From Macrostomum lignano (Eukaryota): a DNA stretch of 64,000 nucleotides. The DNA lies in NCBI GenBank assembly GCA_002269645.1, contig NIVC01000433.1, positions 65,641 through 129,640 on the forward strand, given 5' to 3'. The notes beneath the pieces are model-generated. The model was not told where the DNA came from. It searched no databases and saw nothing but the letters and a program-made list of their open reading frames with translations. This document shows positions 1-15,065 of the stretch, piece by piece. Numbering within the stretch: the stretch's first letter is position 1; the number at the start of each line of letters is the position of its first letter. The translations under genes and the position numbers were made by a program.

Positions 1-68
1 TCTGCAATGGTAAGGGAGGCTGTGAGTCGGCTACAAGCCGACAAATTCATCATCTGCGAGTGGAATCA

Positions 69-93
69 ATATATATATATATATATATATATA
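69..93. repeat. (TA)n microsatellite
   Basis: Uninterrupted AT dinucleotide run. Confidence 0.95.
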
Positions 94-900
94 ACTGTGA
101 AGCTTCACATGGAGCTGGCTGTCAATAAGATTGCATTTACGTCCATAACAGTAAAGTCAAGAGGTCTATAGCCTGCTCTAGCACCAGACTTATTTGCTTC
201 TGTGTAGGATTCGACTTTTTCTCGCGGGTGACGATAGATCCTTTTCGTCAGCTAGGAAACAACAGGCGCTAACTACTTCTGCGTCTCCATTACACACACC
301 GCATACAGACACACACACGCACATGCACCGTTCTACCAAGTCTTTAGTTCGTCTTGCTATATGCATGTAACTATCCTTGACAGGTCGCGCTCTCCTAGGC
401 TGCTTGATTCGTCTCAGACGTAGGTCGACTTAATTGTAAAAGTTTTTTAATGCCTGATAATTTTTTAATGCTTGTTCAGCTCACCAATAAGTTTAATAAT
501 TGCAGCCAAGCAAAGCAACCTGTGACACAGAACTCTCTGCATGGGCCAGCTAACCAATTTTCCATGGACTCCTAAGCATCCCTGGATTGGAAGTCAGCGA
601 AATAAACAGAAATTAGAAATCGACGACTGGAAGAACCCACCAAACTGTTGTGGTTTTCATTGATACGTTAAAAACCATGAACTTTAATTCAGTCAAGCCT
701 AATATGATCATGAATAAACAACATTACAGTAGCTGAACATTTAAAGGTCACTGTTGAACAAATGTTAGCTAAGTATTGAATTATTGATTATGGGACAACT
801 TCGGTTAATTCAAACGATGAAAAAAATAGTTTAATCGGTTGGTTCAATGCATTGTCAGAAGTACACTTGTTAAAGGCTTAAAAATTGTATTGTCCACCTC

Positions 901-1530
901 AATACGAATAAAATCTACTTGACAATGACCAATTTGAGAGGCCATATTTAAACCCCACCAATACGAATAAAATCTATGACCAATTTGAGAGGCCATATTT
1001 AAACCCCAATACGAATAAAATCTACTTGACAATGGCCATTTTGAGAGGCCATATTTAAACCCCAATACGAATAAAATCTACTTGACAATGACAATGGCCA
1101 TTTTGAGAGGCCATATTTAAACCCCAACACAAATAAAATCTACTTGACAATGAATGACAATGGCCATTTTGAGAGGCCATATTTAAACCCCAACACAAAT
1201 AAAATCTACTTGACAATGACAATGGCCATTTTGAGAGGCCATATTTAAACCCCAATACGAATAAAATCTACTTGACAATGACAATGGCCATTTTGAGAGG
1301 CCATATTTAAACCCCAACAAAAATAAAATCTACTTGACAATGACTAATTTGAGAGGCCATATTTAAACCCAAATACGAATAAAATCTATGACCAATTTGA
1401 GAGGCCATATTTAAACCCCAATACGAATAAAATCTACTTGACAATGGCCATTTTGAGAGGCCATATTTAAACCCCAACACAAATAAAATCTACTTGACAA
1501 TGGCCAATTTTAGAGGCCATGTCTAAACCC
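901..1530. repeat. Minisatellite, ~50-62-bp variable unit (aatacgaataaaatctacttgacaatg[acaatg]gccattttgagaggccatatttaaacccc), about 11 copies
   Basis: Unit visible directly; explains ORFs 844-1065 and 1055-1255. Confidence 0.95.
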
Positions 1531-2305
1531 CGAATAGATTGGGCAGCCTATTTTCGAGCTCGCTACCACTCTCTACCTGAGAATTGTTGAAGATTACCTG
1601 ACGAATTACCCAATATCGTTGTCCATCGAGTTTCACACGGTCAAATGTCTGTCGATATAGCATAATAATTAATTCACCATTCTGCTACTCGTATATTGAC
1701 ACCGGAAGACTGCTGGTTTCTGACACACTGGCTGCAAAAGCAAATGGTTTCTTGTGTACTTCATTATTATCGTCCCGGACTATATGTAATGAGCGTAGTA
1801 AGTGCTATAAGCTCCATATGCATACATGTAGAGCGCCAAGCAGCCAGTGTGCAACTGCCGCCTAGCATTTCAGAACTGCCATGGCCGAATGGCCGACCTT
1901 TTGGACTGCCGAGCGCCAACTCTGTAGGGGCTGGCTGGAGGTTCTGTTCTGCAGGGCGGGAGAATTATTAAATCGTAACATTCGGTTACTTAGGATATGC
2001 TGGATCGCTGTCGAACTCTCAGTGGATTTGTCCTCCTCAATGAGCAAAGAAATCCTTGTTTGTGTTATTCCTATTCAACGCGGAAATAACAACAATTTTT
2101 AACAAAACTTATTGACACGTTTGACACAAATAACTCAATTTACGCAATTTTTACGTTCTGTGCACGTTGATTCATATTTCTAGTTTGTTTTATGCTTAAC
2201 AGTATCGAAATTCCACTATTTGGAATGCACTGACTGTATGGGACGCATCGCTGTGTCCATATTCTCTATTGCTCTCTCGTTATCTGCCATTCTCTATCTG
2301 CGTGT

Positions 2306-3052
<747 letters not shown>

Positions 3053-3965
3053 CGCTCGCAGATGCGACTTTCTGCTGTAGCGTCCATGTATGTCCTATAG
3101 TCAGCTTCAGCTTCTTTATTAAGGTGTTATATTCATTTCAAGGTGTCGGAACGCGAAAATTCGATATCAAACAGCGCGCCCTGTTAGCGGCACTACAGCG
3201 CTACCGCTAAAGCGGAGTTTAACACATCCAAACCCTCGTTCTGGTTGACTAAGAGAGAGAGAGAGAGAGAGACCAGGGCCAGCCAATGGCGGGGCAGCTA
3301 GTAACAATACTCTGACTACGATTGCACCATTCGATAAAGCTCACAGTTTCGCTCGAAAACACGGTCCCGACCGCTAGGAGCAAGGCCAGCTTTGCAGCAG
3401 AAAGGAGCTTACAGACGGATTTCCACATGAGAGCAGCCGGTGTTTCACTGAAATTTTGGATTGACAACTTTCAGAATTTTAACTGCTCTGTTCACAAGTA
3501 CCAGTAGATCTTTAAATAAGCAACTACAACCCGACAAATGTTCCAACCTTATTTGGGTAAGTGTTTCCACTCTCCTAAACGCCTATTTCAATTTCTTACC
3601 TAGTAATTTATACTGAAAATCTGCGCGCTAAAAACTTTCGCAGCTACTAGAAGAAGAAGAAGAAGCGGTTCGATTTCTGATTGCCGGCACCATCGCCGGA
3701 AGCATCAGCAGCTACTTCTGCTACTGCTCTGGCTGGCCGCCTGTCTGACTCAAACCAAGGCGGCGGCGATTTCGGACAACCGGCTGTCCCTGACGAGAAC
3801 GGAGAGGATTCTGCAGCGTGGGAAAATTGTGCGACTGGCTGACGCGCTCAACAGGCAGCTGCTGTTCAACTTGCACAGCAACAGGTGAGTGGCTTTGAGC
3901 ACTGCCGCAAGTCAAGGCCCCTGACTTTCCAATCGCCAGGCATTTAGCACTCACTGGGCCTTGGG

Positions 3966-4388
3966 CAGGCGCGTCGCCACCGGGGGGACAGGGGGACATG
4001 TCCCCCCCCCAGTAAAAGCTCTGGGGGGGGACATGCCAGTGCTTTGTCCCCCCCCACACTCCACCTTGTAAGTCGTTGTGGTAATCAATAATTTTTCTTC
4101 AGGGCGCCAAAATATAGCGGCTGCGGCGCCAAAATGAGTGCCTGCGGTGCCAAAATGAGTGCCTGCGGCGCAAAAATGAGTGCCTGCGGCGCCAAAATGA
4201 GTGCCTGCGGCGCTAAAATGAGTGCCTGCGGCGCCAAAATGAGTGCCTGCGACGCCAAAATGAGTGCCTGTGGCGCTAAAATGAGTGCCTGCGGCGCCAA
4301 AGTGAATGCCAAAATTTAGTCATGTGCATGTACACGTCAAATTCTTGGCTTTGTCCCCCCCACCATAAAATCGATAGGGATGTCCCTG
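3966..4388. mobile_element. Probable non-autonomous DNA transposon (MITE) carrying an internal 21-bp minisatellite
   Basis: Starts CAGGCGCGTCGCC, ends GGGATGTCCCTG (weak CAGG..CCTG ends). Subterminal GGGGGGACATGTCCCCCC palindrome and TTGTCCCCCC motifs near both ends. No TSD found. Confidence 0.4.
4119..4300. repeat. 21-bp minisatellite (tgcggcgccaaaatgagtgcc), about 8-9 copies
   Basis: 7-aa periodicity (MSACGAK) in ORF 4134-4319; unit visible. Confidence 0.95.
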
Positions 4389-5943
4389 ACGAATCGATAG
4401 GGATCGATAGGGATTGCTACGAGTAATTTTCGTCAGCTAGCGCCAAATTTATGCGCGCGGAATCGAGCATAGCACAAGATTGCATTAAAACCGCGAAAGC
4501 AAAATCAAATCGACTTCAGCTTCTGCAAATTTGATTCCCAAATAATGAGAGCCCATGAGTAGATCTCTTCCCCGTGCACTGGCTTTTGGTGCCTGGAAAG
4601 AAACGAGACAAGTGCATTGCCTGGATGTAACAGACTTTCTCGTTAGCCGCACCTGGAGGCGATTAATAATTGTTAGGGATTGGCCGAAGTCAAAATTTTA
4701 GGACAGAAAGGGGGCAAGAAAGCGTTGCGGAGGGTTAGGAAAGTCGGCAAGAAAAAGTGGAAAGTCCCATCAGTATGCGGTTGTCCACTCTGGAAGCGTG
4801 TATCATCCGGGACGTACGAGCATCTAATTCCACTACTGTGTCTGGGGCGCCTCCCCAAACCGCCCACCCCATCCCCACACTCATTTCACTTTTTTGGCCA
4901 GAAATTAGGGGATGAAGAGAATTGAGGGCGGCGGCGGCGGCGCCTAGTTTTCAAAAGCGGCCCAGGAAACAGAAGAGCAAAAAGAGGAAGAGGGGAGAGA
5001 GAGAGACAGAAAGAGGAAGCCCGAAAGAAAACTAGCTTAGGTAGAAAAATGACCAGAAGACAGAAGGGCATCAGCTGCGTTTTGGCATCGGGCAAGCGAC
5101 GTCTCGTTGCCAAGGGGCTTGTGATCCACTTCTCCGTAGCCGCTGCCTCCCCGCCCCGTTCTGACAACGTCAAAAGATGCCGCCTCGGCTGGTCAAAGAG
5201 GTCCAGCCTGCATTGGGGGTATACGCTGTCCTTTAAAACAGGCGGCGGGCGAAGGTTGAACGAGTCTGTGTGTGTGTGTGTATTGCGAATACGTCTGGAG
5301 GAGAGGAGAGGTTGCCTCTTCTCCATCCAGGGGCTATATCCGATTCTTTTCCTCTCTGTTTCCCGGGACAGAAACTCCGGGCGGAGGGAGTTTGGTGGGT
5401 TCTTCAAGCCTTGTCTTCTTTGCTACCCTACACATTACCGTTTAGGCCCACAACCTAACTATTACATTGCTACAATGCTGCACATACACGCGGTCTCTGT
5501 GTGAGCCTCCCCCCTCTCTGACCTTTATTAGTTCATCTGTCGGTCGGGTCGCTCTGTGTGTGCGCGCGCGTGTGTGACGATTTTCTCCTCTAAATTTTGG
5601 ACGAATTAGTTTTCTAGATGGGAGCGACAGAGAGAGAAATCGGTATTATTTTTGTATTACCTTTAAACCCGATGGATACAGCGATTGCTAGACGGGGTTG
5701 AGGGTGCACAGTACAAGGGGGGAGGCTAAAACCGCGTCTGTCACTTTGTGTCCTGTCAATGTAGTAATAATGAGTTTCTAGGGTCCCTCGGCAGTGATCG
5801 GTTAGTCAGTGCCCTGGATGCAATTTCTCTGCTGGAATAAGCTGAACGGTGAGGCTAAATTGTTTTTCTTACCAGAGTTTTAAGTATCAAATTTGAAGTA
5901 CGGTCTGCAAAAATGATCAACGCTGGTGGTCATTAGAGTTTGG

Positions 5944-6590
5944 GTTGGTGAAGTGTCTGGTCGGTGAAGTGTCTGGTCGGTGAAGTGTCTGGTCGGTGAA
6001 GTGTCTGGTCGGTGAAGTGTCTGGTCGGTGAAGTGTCTGGTCGGTGAAGTGTCTGGTCGGTGAAGTGTCTGGTCGGTGAAGTGTCTGGTCGGTGAAGTGT
6101 CTGGTCGGTGAAGTGTCTGGTCGGTGAAGTGTCTGGTCGGTGAAGTGTCTGGTCGGTGAAGTGTCTGGTCGGTGAAGTGTCTGGTTGGAAAAGTTTCTGG
6201 TTGATGAAGTGTCTGGTTGGTGAAGTGTCTGGTTAGTGAAATTTCTGGTTGGTGAAGTGTCTGGTTGGAAAAGTGTCTGGTTGGTGAAGTGTCTGGTTAG
6301 TGAAATTTCTGGTTGGTGAAGTGTCTGGTTGGAAAAGTTTCTGGTTGATGAAGTGTCTGGTTGGTGAAGTGTCTGGTTAGTGAAATTTCTGGTTGGTGAA
6401 GTGTCTGGTTGGAAAAGTGTCTGGTTGGTGAAGTGTCTGGTTGGTGAAGTGTCTGGTTGGGAAAGTGTCTGGTTGGGGAAGTGTCTGGTTGGTGAAGTGT
6501 CTGGTTGGTGAAGTGTCTGGTTGGTGAAGTGTTTGGTTGGTGAAGCGTCTGGTTGGGGAAGTGTCTGGTTGGTGAAGTGTCTGGTTAAAG
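5944..6590. repeat. 16-bp minisatellite (ggtgaagtgtctggtc / ggtgaagtgtctggtt), about 40 copies
   Basis: Homogeneous block 5947-6180, then a more variable block; explains ORF 5917-6657. Confidence 0.95.
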
Positions 6591-8254
6591 AAGTTTCATC
6601 CTGAGACTGAAATCGAAAAGCATTTACGACATAAATCGTCAATATGAACAGCAGCAAGTCAGGAATTGACTTCCCCTACAATAAAATTTCTGCTGGAGGA
6701 GTCTGCAATGTCAGAATATCTTACGCTGAAAGGAGAAGGGGTGCAGAAAACTCTCTCGGAAAGTGATTATCGTCCAGGGTTTTGTGCGCGACTCTGTCCT
6801 GTCTGCCTGCCTGTCGGCCATCACATTGAAGATAACAGGAACTCCTACCGGAGAAAAATAAGTTTGACTCAAATCTGAAGGACGACCCACTTAGGCTGCC
6901 GCACTGCTGATCTAATCAGTCTGAGAGCATCCTGGATGCAAATTGAATTGCTCGACTGAGACGCCAACCGACTGGCAAACCAAGTCCACCCAGGGACAGA
7001 GTGCAGGGATACCAAATTGCGGTACCTCGGGACGGGTCAGAGTACAAAACAAATTGACGCTTACTAGCTCATAGCTTGCACTGTTGTGAGAGACATTGGC
7101 GCCGTATAAATTTCATTGGAGCCTTCTTGGCCATGATGGACTTGGCTGATGGGCTCCTTTAAAATTTAATAGCCGGCTCTTTAACTGCACACAGTTCGAA
7201 TTCACGAGCGAGATAGTGCGCTGGGTAGATGACTGTTAATTGAGTTACCAAGAGACTTCAGTGAAAGTTGGGAAAAATCTTGGAAGAGGTTGGCGAGAGA
7301 GAAGATGTTGGTGGTTGCGTCGAATTTCAAAGAGATGAAAAGCATGAAGATGCAACAGACAGAACAATGGCAGCAGTGTTGATTGGCACCGGAACCCCTG
7401 CCGATCATAGCTATATTTCAAACTGTCAAATACTCGTAAAAGACAAATTTCAGGTGCGGATTTTATGACGGCGGCAAAACTGATAATAGAGAGCGTCATA
7501 AAAAGGCGCCGGTTGTTACCCCAACCCACCCCCATCCAACCGTTTTTTTACGCTTCGCAGATGGCTGCAAGGCCCCTGGATGTGCGCAGAATCCCCGACC
7601 CAGGCCCCCGTCCCGCCTCCCAGTCAACATCATCATGCAGCTCCGCTGCCCACCTATGGCGAAAATTGGATCGGAGAGAAATCTATATATATATATAGAC
7701 ACTTTTTACTCATTTGACGGCATCAAATGAGAGTTGAACGACTAGCTGCCATGGCACCCACCGAGCAGCATGTCGCCTCCTTATAGCTATAGCTTTAGCG
7801 GCTATATTTTATTCATAGCAAAAGTCTGGATTCAATACTATAATCCAGACAGGCTGGTAGATGCAGCAAAAATCGAGGCAGCAGCGAGCGGGTGAGCGGG
7901 ACAGGCGCTTTTTTTTTTTTTTTAAAAAAGCTCGAATGCACCAAAACAAAGTGCTGATGCAGGCAATTGAAGCCGCGCTCTGCACAGGCCGGAATAGTAA
8001 ACACAGAAAAAGTAAGTGCGTCTATTGTGACTCATGCAAAGCCGAAAACGACAGACGCCAGCAAAGTTGCCAGACTAGTAATTCGCGGCCAAGTTCATTT
8101 GGTATTGGGATTTAAAACTGGTAGCCATTGGGGCTGCTAGTCTTTTGTGAGGCTAACCCTTCCCCTAATTCTCTAGATGATTTTGGAAGACGTTGCTTGA
8201 CAATGCAGCAATCAAAACATTCATTCCGTTTGACTCCAGCCACTCCGACTTCTA

Positions 8255-8820
8255 ATAACCCCCAATTAAGAATACGGTGCTTGACACTTCAGCCACCCCA
8301 ACCCCCCAATTAAGAATACGATGCTTGACACTCTAGCCACCCCAACCCCCAATTAAGAATACGGTGCTTGACACTCTAGCCACCCCAACCCCCCAATTAA
8401 GAATACGATGCTTGACACTCTAGCCACCCCAACCCCCGATTAAGAATACGGTGCTTGACACTCTAGCCACCCCAACCCCCGATTAAGAATACGGTGCTTG
8501 ACACTCTAGCCACCCCAACCCCCGATTAAGAATACGGTGCTTGACACTCCAGCCACCCCAACCCCCAATTAAGAATACGATGCTTGACACTCTAGCCACC
8601 CCAACCCCCAATTAAGAATACGGTGCTTGACACTCCGGCCACCCCAACCCCCGATTAAGAATACGGTGCTTGACACTCCAGCCCGCCCAACCCCCGATTA
8701 AGAATACGGTGCTTGACACTCCAGCCACCCCAACCCCCAATTAAGAATACGGTGCTTGACACTCCAGCCACCCCAACCCCCAATTAAAAATACGGTGCTT
8801 GACACTCTAGCCACCCCTAA
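8255..8820. repeat. 43-44-bp minisatellite (aattaagaatacggtgcttgacactctagccaccccaaccccc), about 13 copies
   Basis: Unit starts at 8264, 8308, 8351 and onward. Confidence 0.95.
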
Positions 8821-10999
8821 ACCTCCATTTGACATGACTCCAGCCACTGACGCCACATCTTGCGGGGGCAGCGCAGTGCTCTAATTTTAGTCCAGTTGGA
8901 ACGAAAATCCGATTAAAATAATTTGTGTTTACATCGCAGCAGAAAAATGTGCCCGCTAAGCTTGCACTTTAAATTTGGTTGAGAAGGCTAGGACGAGAGA
9001 CAAATTGCCCAGGGATTATTCAAATTTTTGATGTAGCAAAGTGCCACAGCACTGAATGGCCTTTAATATAATCGCATGGGCCGTTTTGTGTGGCTAGGGC
9101 GAAAATTTATTCAGAAAAACCGGCCAGACAGACTGAAAAATCTCTAAACCCAGCCCCCTAAAGCGTGGGCGTTAGCGACCACGGTAATTCGAGTATTGGA
9201 TGGACGCGCTGGTGCTTTTTATTCTTCAGCTCGAACCGGCTCAAACGGGTTGTGTTGTTTTAACGCGATCAATTTTTATTCTGTAGAGATGGAGCAGACT
9301 GCATGGCGTCCCGGGCCATAATTAATAATTGATGATCGGTTGCTGTTGCTGTTGCCGCTCAGGCGTTTTTCCGCTTCAAGGGATTTCTGCCCCGGCGGGA
9401 GCAAAAAAGAATAGGCAGCGCGCGTACTCCACTTAGCTCGGGTTATCAACCAGTTCGACTCGGAGATTACTGTACAGGTAATAAGGCTGCGGACGAATTC
9501 CTAAATTGGAGCAGGAACTGGCGTTCCTTCGAACACTCTGCATCCGGGTAGGAGGATTTAAGCAGCTTGTCTGCGCGTGGGCGAAGAATTAATTGGTTGA
9601 ATAGTGAGGAAAATGGAGCTTCTTATCGGTCTCCATCTCTCCTCTCCTCTCTGCTGTTTCAACTCGAGTATTAATAGAAGCGTTTATTAAGTGCAATTAT
9701 TTGTGTCCTGCTGTGGCAAAGCAAAGACAAATCTGAAAAATTAGACACTGAATTTTATATTTTTTTCAACAATGATGTCTGTCTATAATGATTGATGTCG
9801 TTGTCGGTTATTGCATGGCAACATGAATGCCATGCCATGTGGTTATCAATAAATTGATTGGGAAAATATTGGGACCCCCTGGATCCTCGATCCAGTTAGT
9901 TTAAGCTACTGCTTGATATACTTTTAAGCTATATAACTTGTAAAAGGTGAACGATTTTTTCCTGTTAACTGGGGACCCCATTGACCCCCATCCCCTGGAT
10001 TGGGCAAGTGTATGAAACCGATTAATTTGGGAAACGGAAAAATATGCTTTATAATGGGGCAGATATGGGGAATTTTCTGAGACCCTGGGAGTTTGAATTG
10101 GTTGCAGTAAGGCATCGGGAAATTAATAAGAGGAAGAGGGAATTTCTGACAGGACTCGGCCCGAATATTTACCTGTTGGCTGCAGTTGGCATTTTGAGTA
10201 AAGAGTCTCTGCTTCTGACTTTCGATGCCTGTCCGCCGCTTCTAATTGATTCAGACAAACACCGGCCACGGCTCGGGGTCGGGGGGGGGGGGGGTCGGAG
10301 AGGGGCGGGGCTGCCAGACTCCCCAAATTTGGCTCAGCGCGGTCCTAACTTGGAAAGAGAATGATTTTCTTACCTGTTCAGTCAGAGCTGAAACTTATCA
10401 GCCAAGCCTGGCCGGGACAGGCTCGGCCCGCCCACACACGCACACCCGCCATCTACAAGCGGCAGTTACTCCTTACAGCGCTTTGCATATGCTTAATTGC
10501 TGGCCCCAGTAAATTATGCAACACCGGCTGAATTAATGTACATAGCCTTCTCCTGCCCCCTACCTCTGTGCCTCTCCATAGAATTCTGATCTGACCCGAG
10601 TCAGTTCTGCAGCTCTCCGCTGTCTGTTCTCTTTGATCTGCTGTCAGCTCGCCGTCTGCGAACACTTGCTAGAATTGAAATGCTGATTGAATGCTAATTA
10701 CTGTGGAGAAAAAGATTGACGCGAAAAAATACACAGAGAAAAAAAGAAAGTCAATCTGTGTTATGATAGATAAAGTCCAGAACGACTACCTTGTACTAGA
10801 TTAAAGCTATCAATCTAAAACTTATTTTTCTTTAGGTAATGAGGGACTTTGCTTGATAAATTTGAAGTCATTTACGCATTTTAACTTGCTACTCATGAGG
10901 TTCTTAGTAGTATAATGCAAAAATTAAAATTAAAATACAATACAGTCCGTCACAGAAGTCATTTTTTACGTTTTCATCCTGCTAGCCTGACGAATTCCC

Positions 11000-11265
11000 C
11001 ATTCTGCTGGCCAGTCAACCCCTCATTCTGCTGGCCAGTCAACCCCTCATTCTGCTGGCCAGTCAACCCCTCATTCTGCTGGCCAGTCAACCCCTCATTC
11101 TGCTGGCCAGTCAACCCCTCATTCTGCTGGCCCGTCAACCCCTCATTCTGCTGGCCAGTCAACCCCTCATTCTGCTGGCCAGTCAACCCCTCATTCTGCT
11201 GGCCAGTCAACCCCTCATTCTGCTGGCCAGTCAACCCCTCATTCTGCTGGCCCGTCACCTCCCCA
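11000..11265. repeat. 24-bp minisatellite (ttctgctggccagtcaacccctca), about 11 copies
   Basis: 8-aa periodicity (FCWPVNPS) in ORF 10915-11325. Confidence 0.97.
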
Positions 11266-11377
11266 TTCTTCTGGCTCGCCAACCCCCCATTTTGCTGGCT
11301 CTCTGTCTCTGAATCTCTAAATTAAATTATTTGACTGCAACACTTATTTACAAAATATATTCCCTTAAAAATTGCAG

Positions 11378-14300
11378 TTTGGAGCAGCTGTCGATTCTGT
11401 CGGACCAAGAGGAGACTCCAGCGATTCTGTTTGCCACAGTGACGCCCTGCCTGAGCTCAGTGTCAATCAAATTCACCCAAGGCTTAATGGGAACCGGTGG
11501 CAAAATTTCGCCAATTAATAGTACCCTGATTAACAATCACCTGTTGATGTCGAGTTCAGGTAAGCTATTAAAATTCTAATCGAATACTTTTGTTAATAGT
11601 ATCGGATAATCCATAATAAGGCATAAAATAGTAGCTACACCAGGAGTTGGCGAGGAAATAAAGAAGAATATAGGAGACGAGAGGAGAGGAAAGACGAGAG
11701 GAGAGAGGAGAGAAGAGAGAAGGGAGAGGAGAGAGGAGAGAAGAGAGAAGGGAGAGAAGAGAAGAGAGGAGAGAAGGGAGAGGAGAGAAGAGAGAAGGGA
11801 GAAGAGAGAAGAGAGAAGAGAGAAGGGAGAGGGAGAGAGGAGAGAAGGGAGAGGAGAGAAGAGAGAAGGGAGAAGGGAGAGGAGAGAAGAGAGAAGGGAG
11901 AGGAGAGAAGAGAAAAGAGAGAAGGGAGAGGGAGAGAGGAGAGAAGGGAGAGGAGAGAAGAGAGAAGAGAGAAGGGAGAGGAGAGAAGAGAGAAGAGAGA
12001 AGGGAGAGGAGAGAAGAGAGAAGGGAGTGGAGAGAAGAGAGATAAGAGAAGGGAGAGAAGAGAAGAGAGAAGGGAGAGAAGAGAAGAGAGAAGGGAGAGG
12101 AGAGAAGAGAGAAGGGAGAAGGGAGAGGAGAGAAGAGAGAAGGGAGAAGAGAGAAGAGAGAAGGGAGTGGAGAGAAGAGAGATAAGAGAAGGGAGAGGAG
12201 AGAAGAGAGAAGGGAGAGGAGAGAAGAGAGAAGGGAGAGGAGAGAAGAGAGAAGGGAGTGGAGAGAAGAGAGAAGGGAGAGGAGAGAAGAGAGAAGGGAG
12301 AGGAGAGAAGAGAGAAGGGAGAGGAGAGAAGAGAGAAGGGAGTGGAGAGAAGAGAGAAGGGAGAGGAGAGAAGAGAGAAGGGAGAGGAGAGAAGAGAGAA
12401 GGGAGAGGAGAGAAGAGAGATAAGAGAAGGGAGAGGAGAGAAGAGAGATAAGAGAAGGGAGAGGAGAGAAGAGAGAAGGGAGTGGAGAGAGGAGAAGAGA
12501 GGGGAGAGGAAAAGAGAGATGAGATCAGAGAAGAGAGAGACGAAAGAAGAGAGCTGAGAAGACACCAACCTTAAGCTTGGCCGGATTGCTATAGCGAAGT
12601 TTCAAAGCACCCGAGGGCGGGACAGAGAGGTTTCGCGGGCCGCATGTGGCCCGTGGACCGGAGGTTGCCAACCACTGAACTAGACAGTAGTCCGAGTAGT
12701 TTTTATTCTAATCCATACTCCATCGCTGACGATGAACGCTTTCCATTGTTAATGCCAAATAATCCCAAACAAAATCAATACTCGAATCCCCAATGTCGAC
12801 ATCCGCAGACCTGACCAGCTATGATCGAGAACAGCTCACTCTCAACCGGAGCATCACCTACAAGCTGATAACCGCAGGCACCAACAGCCTGCAGCTTCGG
12901 CTCAAGCGTCTCTACCAACAGGGCTCAACGAGTGCCAGCAAAGTGCTCATAAAACTGTCCACCTTTTATCCCGGAGTCGAGTTGGGCTCCGGCAAGTACA
13001 AGCTGCACATCTGCGCAGCCAATTCGAGCCGGCCGCATCTGGTCCGAGTGAAAATGAGTCACGTGTTATCAATCGACTCGCGCCACGAGTCGGCCTACTC
13101 GATCTGCGTTGTCATCAACACGGTTGGGCCGCTGTACGAGTTCTGCGACGCCCAGATCAGTCTGGGCGGCGACCAGCTGCCGTTTCAACGCTCCACACTA
13201 TTCGATGGGTTGAGCAGTTCGACCAGGCTGCCTAATGGGACTCACGCCTTTACCTGCGTGAACTACTCCAGCCTGTGGAGGAGCTACCCCACCGTTGACA
13301 TCTCTCAACTGCTGCGTCGGAATCCCCAAAAGCTCTACGTGAACGCTTATATAATGAAATCTGACGATGGTGAGTGCTTTTGGTTTTCTCCCTAAAACTG
13401 ATAATCGAATTCTGGTCATGGATTTCTGATCCCCGATCCCAGATCCCAGATTTTCGATCCCAGATCCCCGATCCCAGATCCCCGATCCCAGATCCCAGAT
13501 CCCCGATCCCAGATCCCCGATCCCAGATCTTCGATCCCAGATCTTCGATCCCAGATCTTCGATCCCAGATCTTCGATCCCAGATCTTCGATCCCAGATCT
13601 TCGATCCCAGATCTTCGATCCCAGATCCCCGATCCCAGATCCCCGATCCCAGATCCCCGATCCCAGATCCCCGATCCCAGATCCCCGATCCCCGATCCCA
13701 GATCCCCGATCCCAGATCCCCGATCCCCGATCCCAGATCCCCGATCCCAGATCCCCGATCCCAGATCCCAGATCCCCGATCCTAGATCCCCGATCCCAGA
13801 TCCCCGATCCCAGATCCCCGATCCCAGATCCCCGATCCCAGATCTTCGATCCCAGATCCATGATCCTAGATCCCAGATCCCCGATCCCCGATCCCCGATC
13901 CCAGATCCCAGATCCCCGATCCCCGATCCCAGATCCCCGATCCCAGATCTCCGATCCCAGATCCATGATCCTAGATCCCCGATCCCAGATCCCAGATCCC
14001 AGATTTCAGATCCCCGATTCCAGATCCTAGATCCTCGATCCCAAATTCCAGATCCCCGATTCCAGATCCCAGATCGCAGATCCCAGCTGAATCCAGATCC
14101 ATGATTCATGGTCTCCGATCCCAACTAGGATTCAGGAATCTTCGATTCCAGATTTCAAGCTCAGGTATTAGATCCCAAAACTTCCAGCAGGTCGGATATT
14201 CCCCAGATCCTAGATAAGGCTATCCAATATCCAAATGAATGATTCCAGACGGCCAGGCGGACGCCACAGCCTGGGAGACGCTGGTGTACTATCGCACGGA

Positions 14301-14808
14301 TCCTCAAAAGGGCAGCACAATGAACATAGTCAACTGCGACAGCCAGTTCACAGGCGAAGGCGAAGTCGCCCTCTCGCCTAACGCAGAATCCCAGCCGACG
14401 GGCTCCTACTCGGCGGAGTTCACCCTGCAGCTGCCGCCGAACGCTTCGCTGCTGGTGCGGCCAACGAGGCTGGACCTTCTGGCGCCGATGCTGACAGCGG
14501 AGCTGACGCCCTACAGCGGCCAGTCAATGTCGATGGAGCGGCTGGCCAATAAGCTGAACTGCTCAGGCGGCGACGAGATTTGGGCCTACGGCGGAGTCAT
14601 CTGCGGCGGGGCCGGCCGCCACATCTGCGTGTCTGGCGACGCTGACGCCTGCCGCTACGACACGTTTCGGGTGCGGCTGCTGGTGCAGCGGAAACTGCTG
14701 AATGGAAGCCGGAGAGCTCATGGCTATGAGGATCTGGACAGCTGGGGTGAGTGTGCGGATGGACACTAAGATAGACAAACAGACAGACAGATAGACAGAC
14801 AGACAGGC

Positions 14809-14891
<83 letters not shown>

Positions 14892-14988
14892 TAGACAAAC
14901 AGACAGATAGACAAACAGACAGACAGACAGACAAACAGACAGATAGATAGACAGGCAGACAGACAAACAGACAGACAGATAGACAGGC

Positions 14989-15065
<77 letters not shown>

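Noticed and set aside
215-260. Minus-strand CTGACGA...GAAA resembling a hammerhead ribozyme core (also CTGACGA at ~3791 and ~4386)
   Set aside because: No stem II pairing closing onto GAAA and no stems I/III could be built.
4673-5504. Overlapping 60-170-aa ORFs in a GC-rich, low-complexity stretch
   Set aside because: No recognisable domain or splice-consistent model; more likely regulatory or intergenic.
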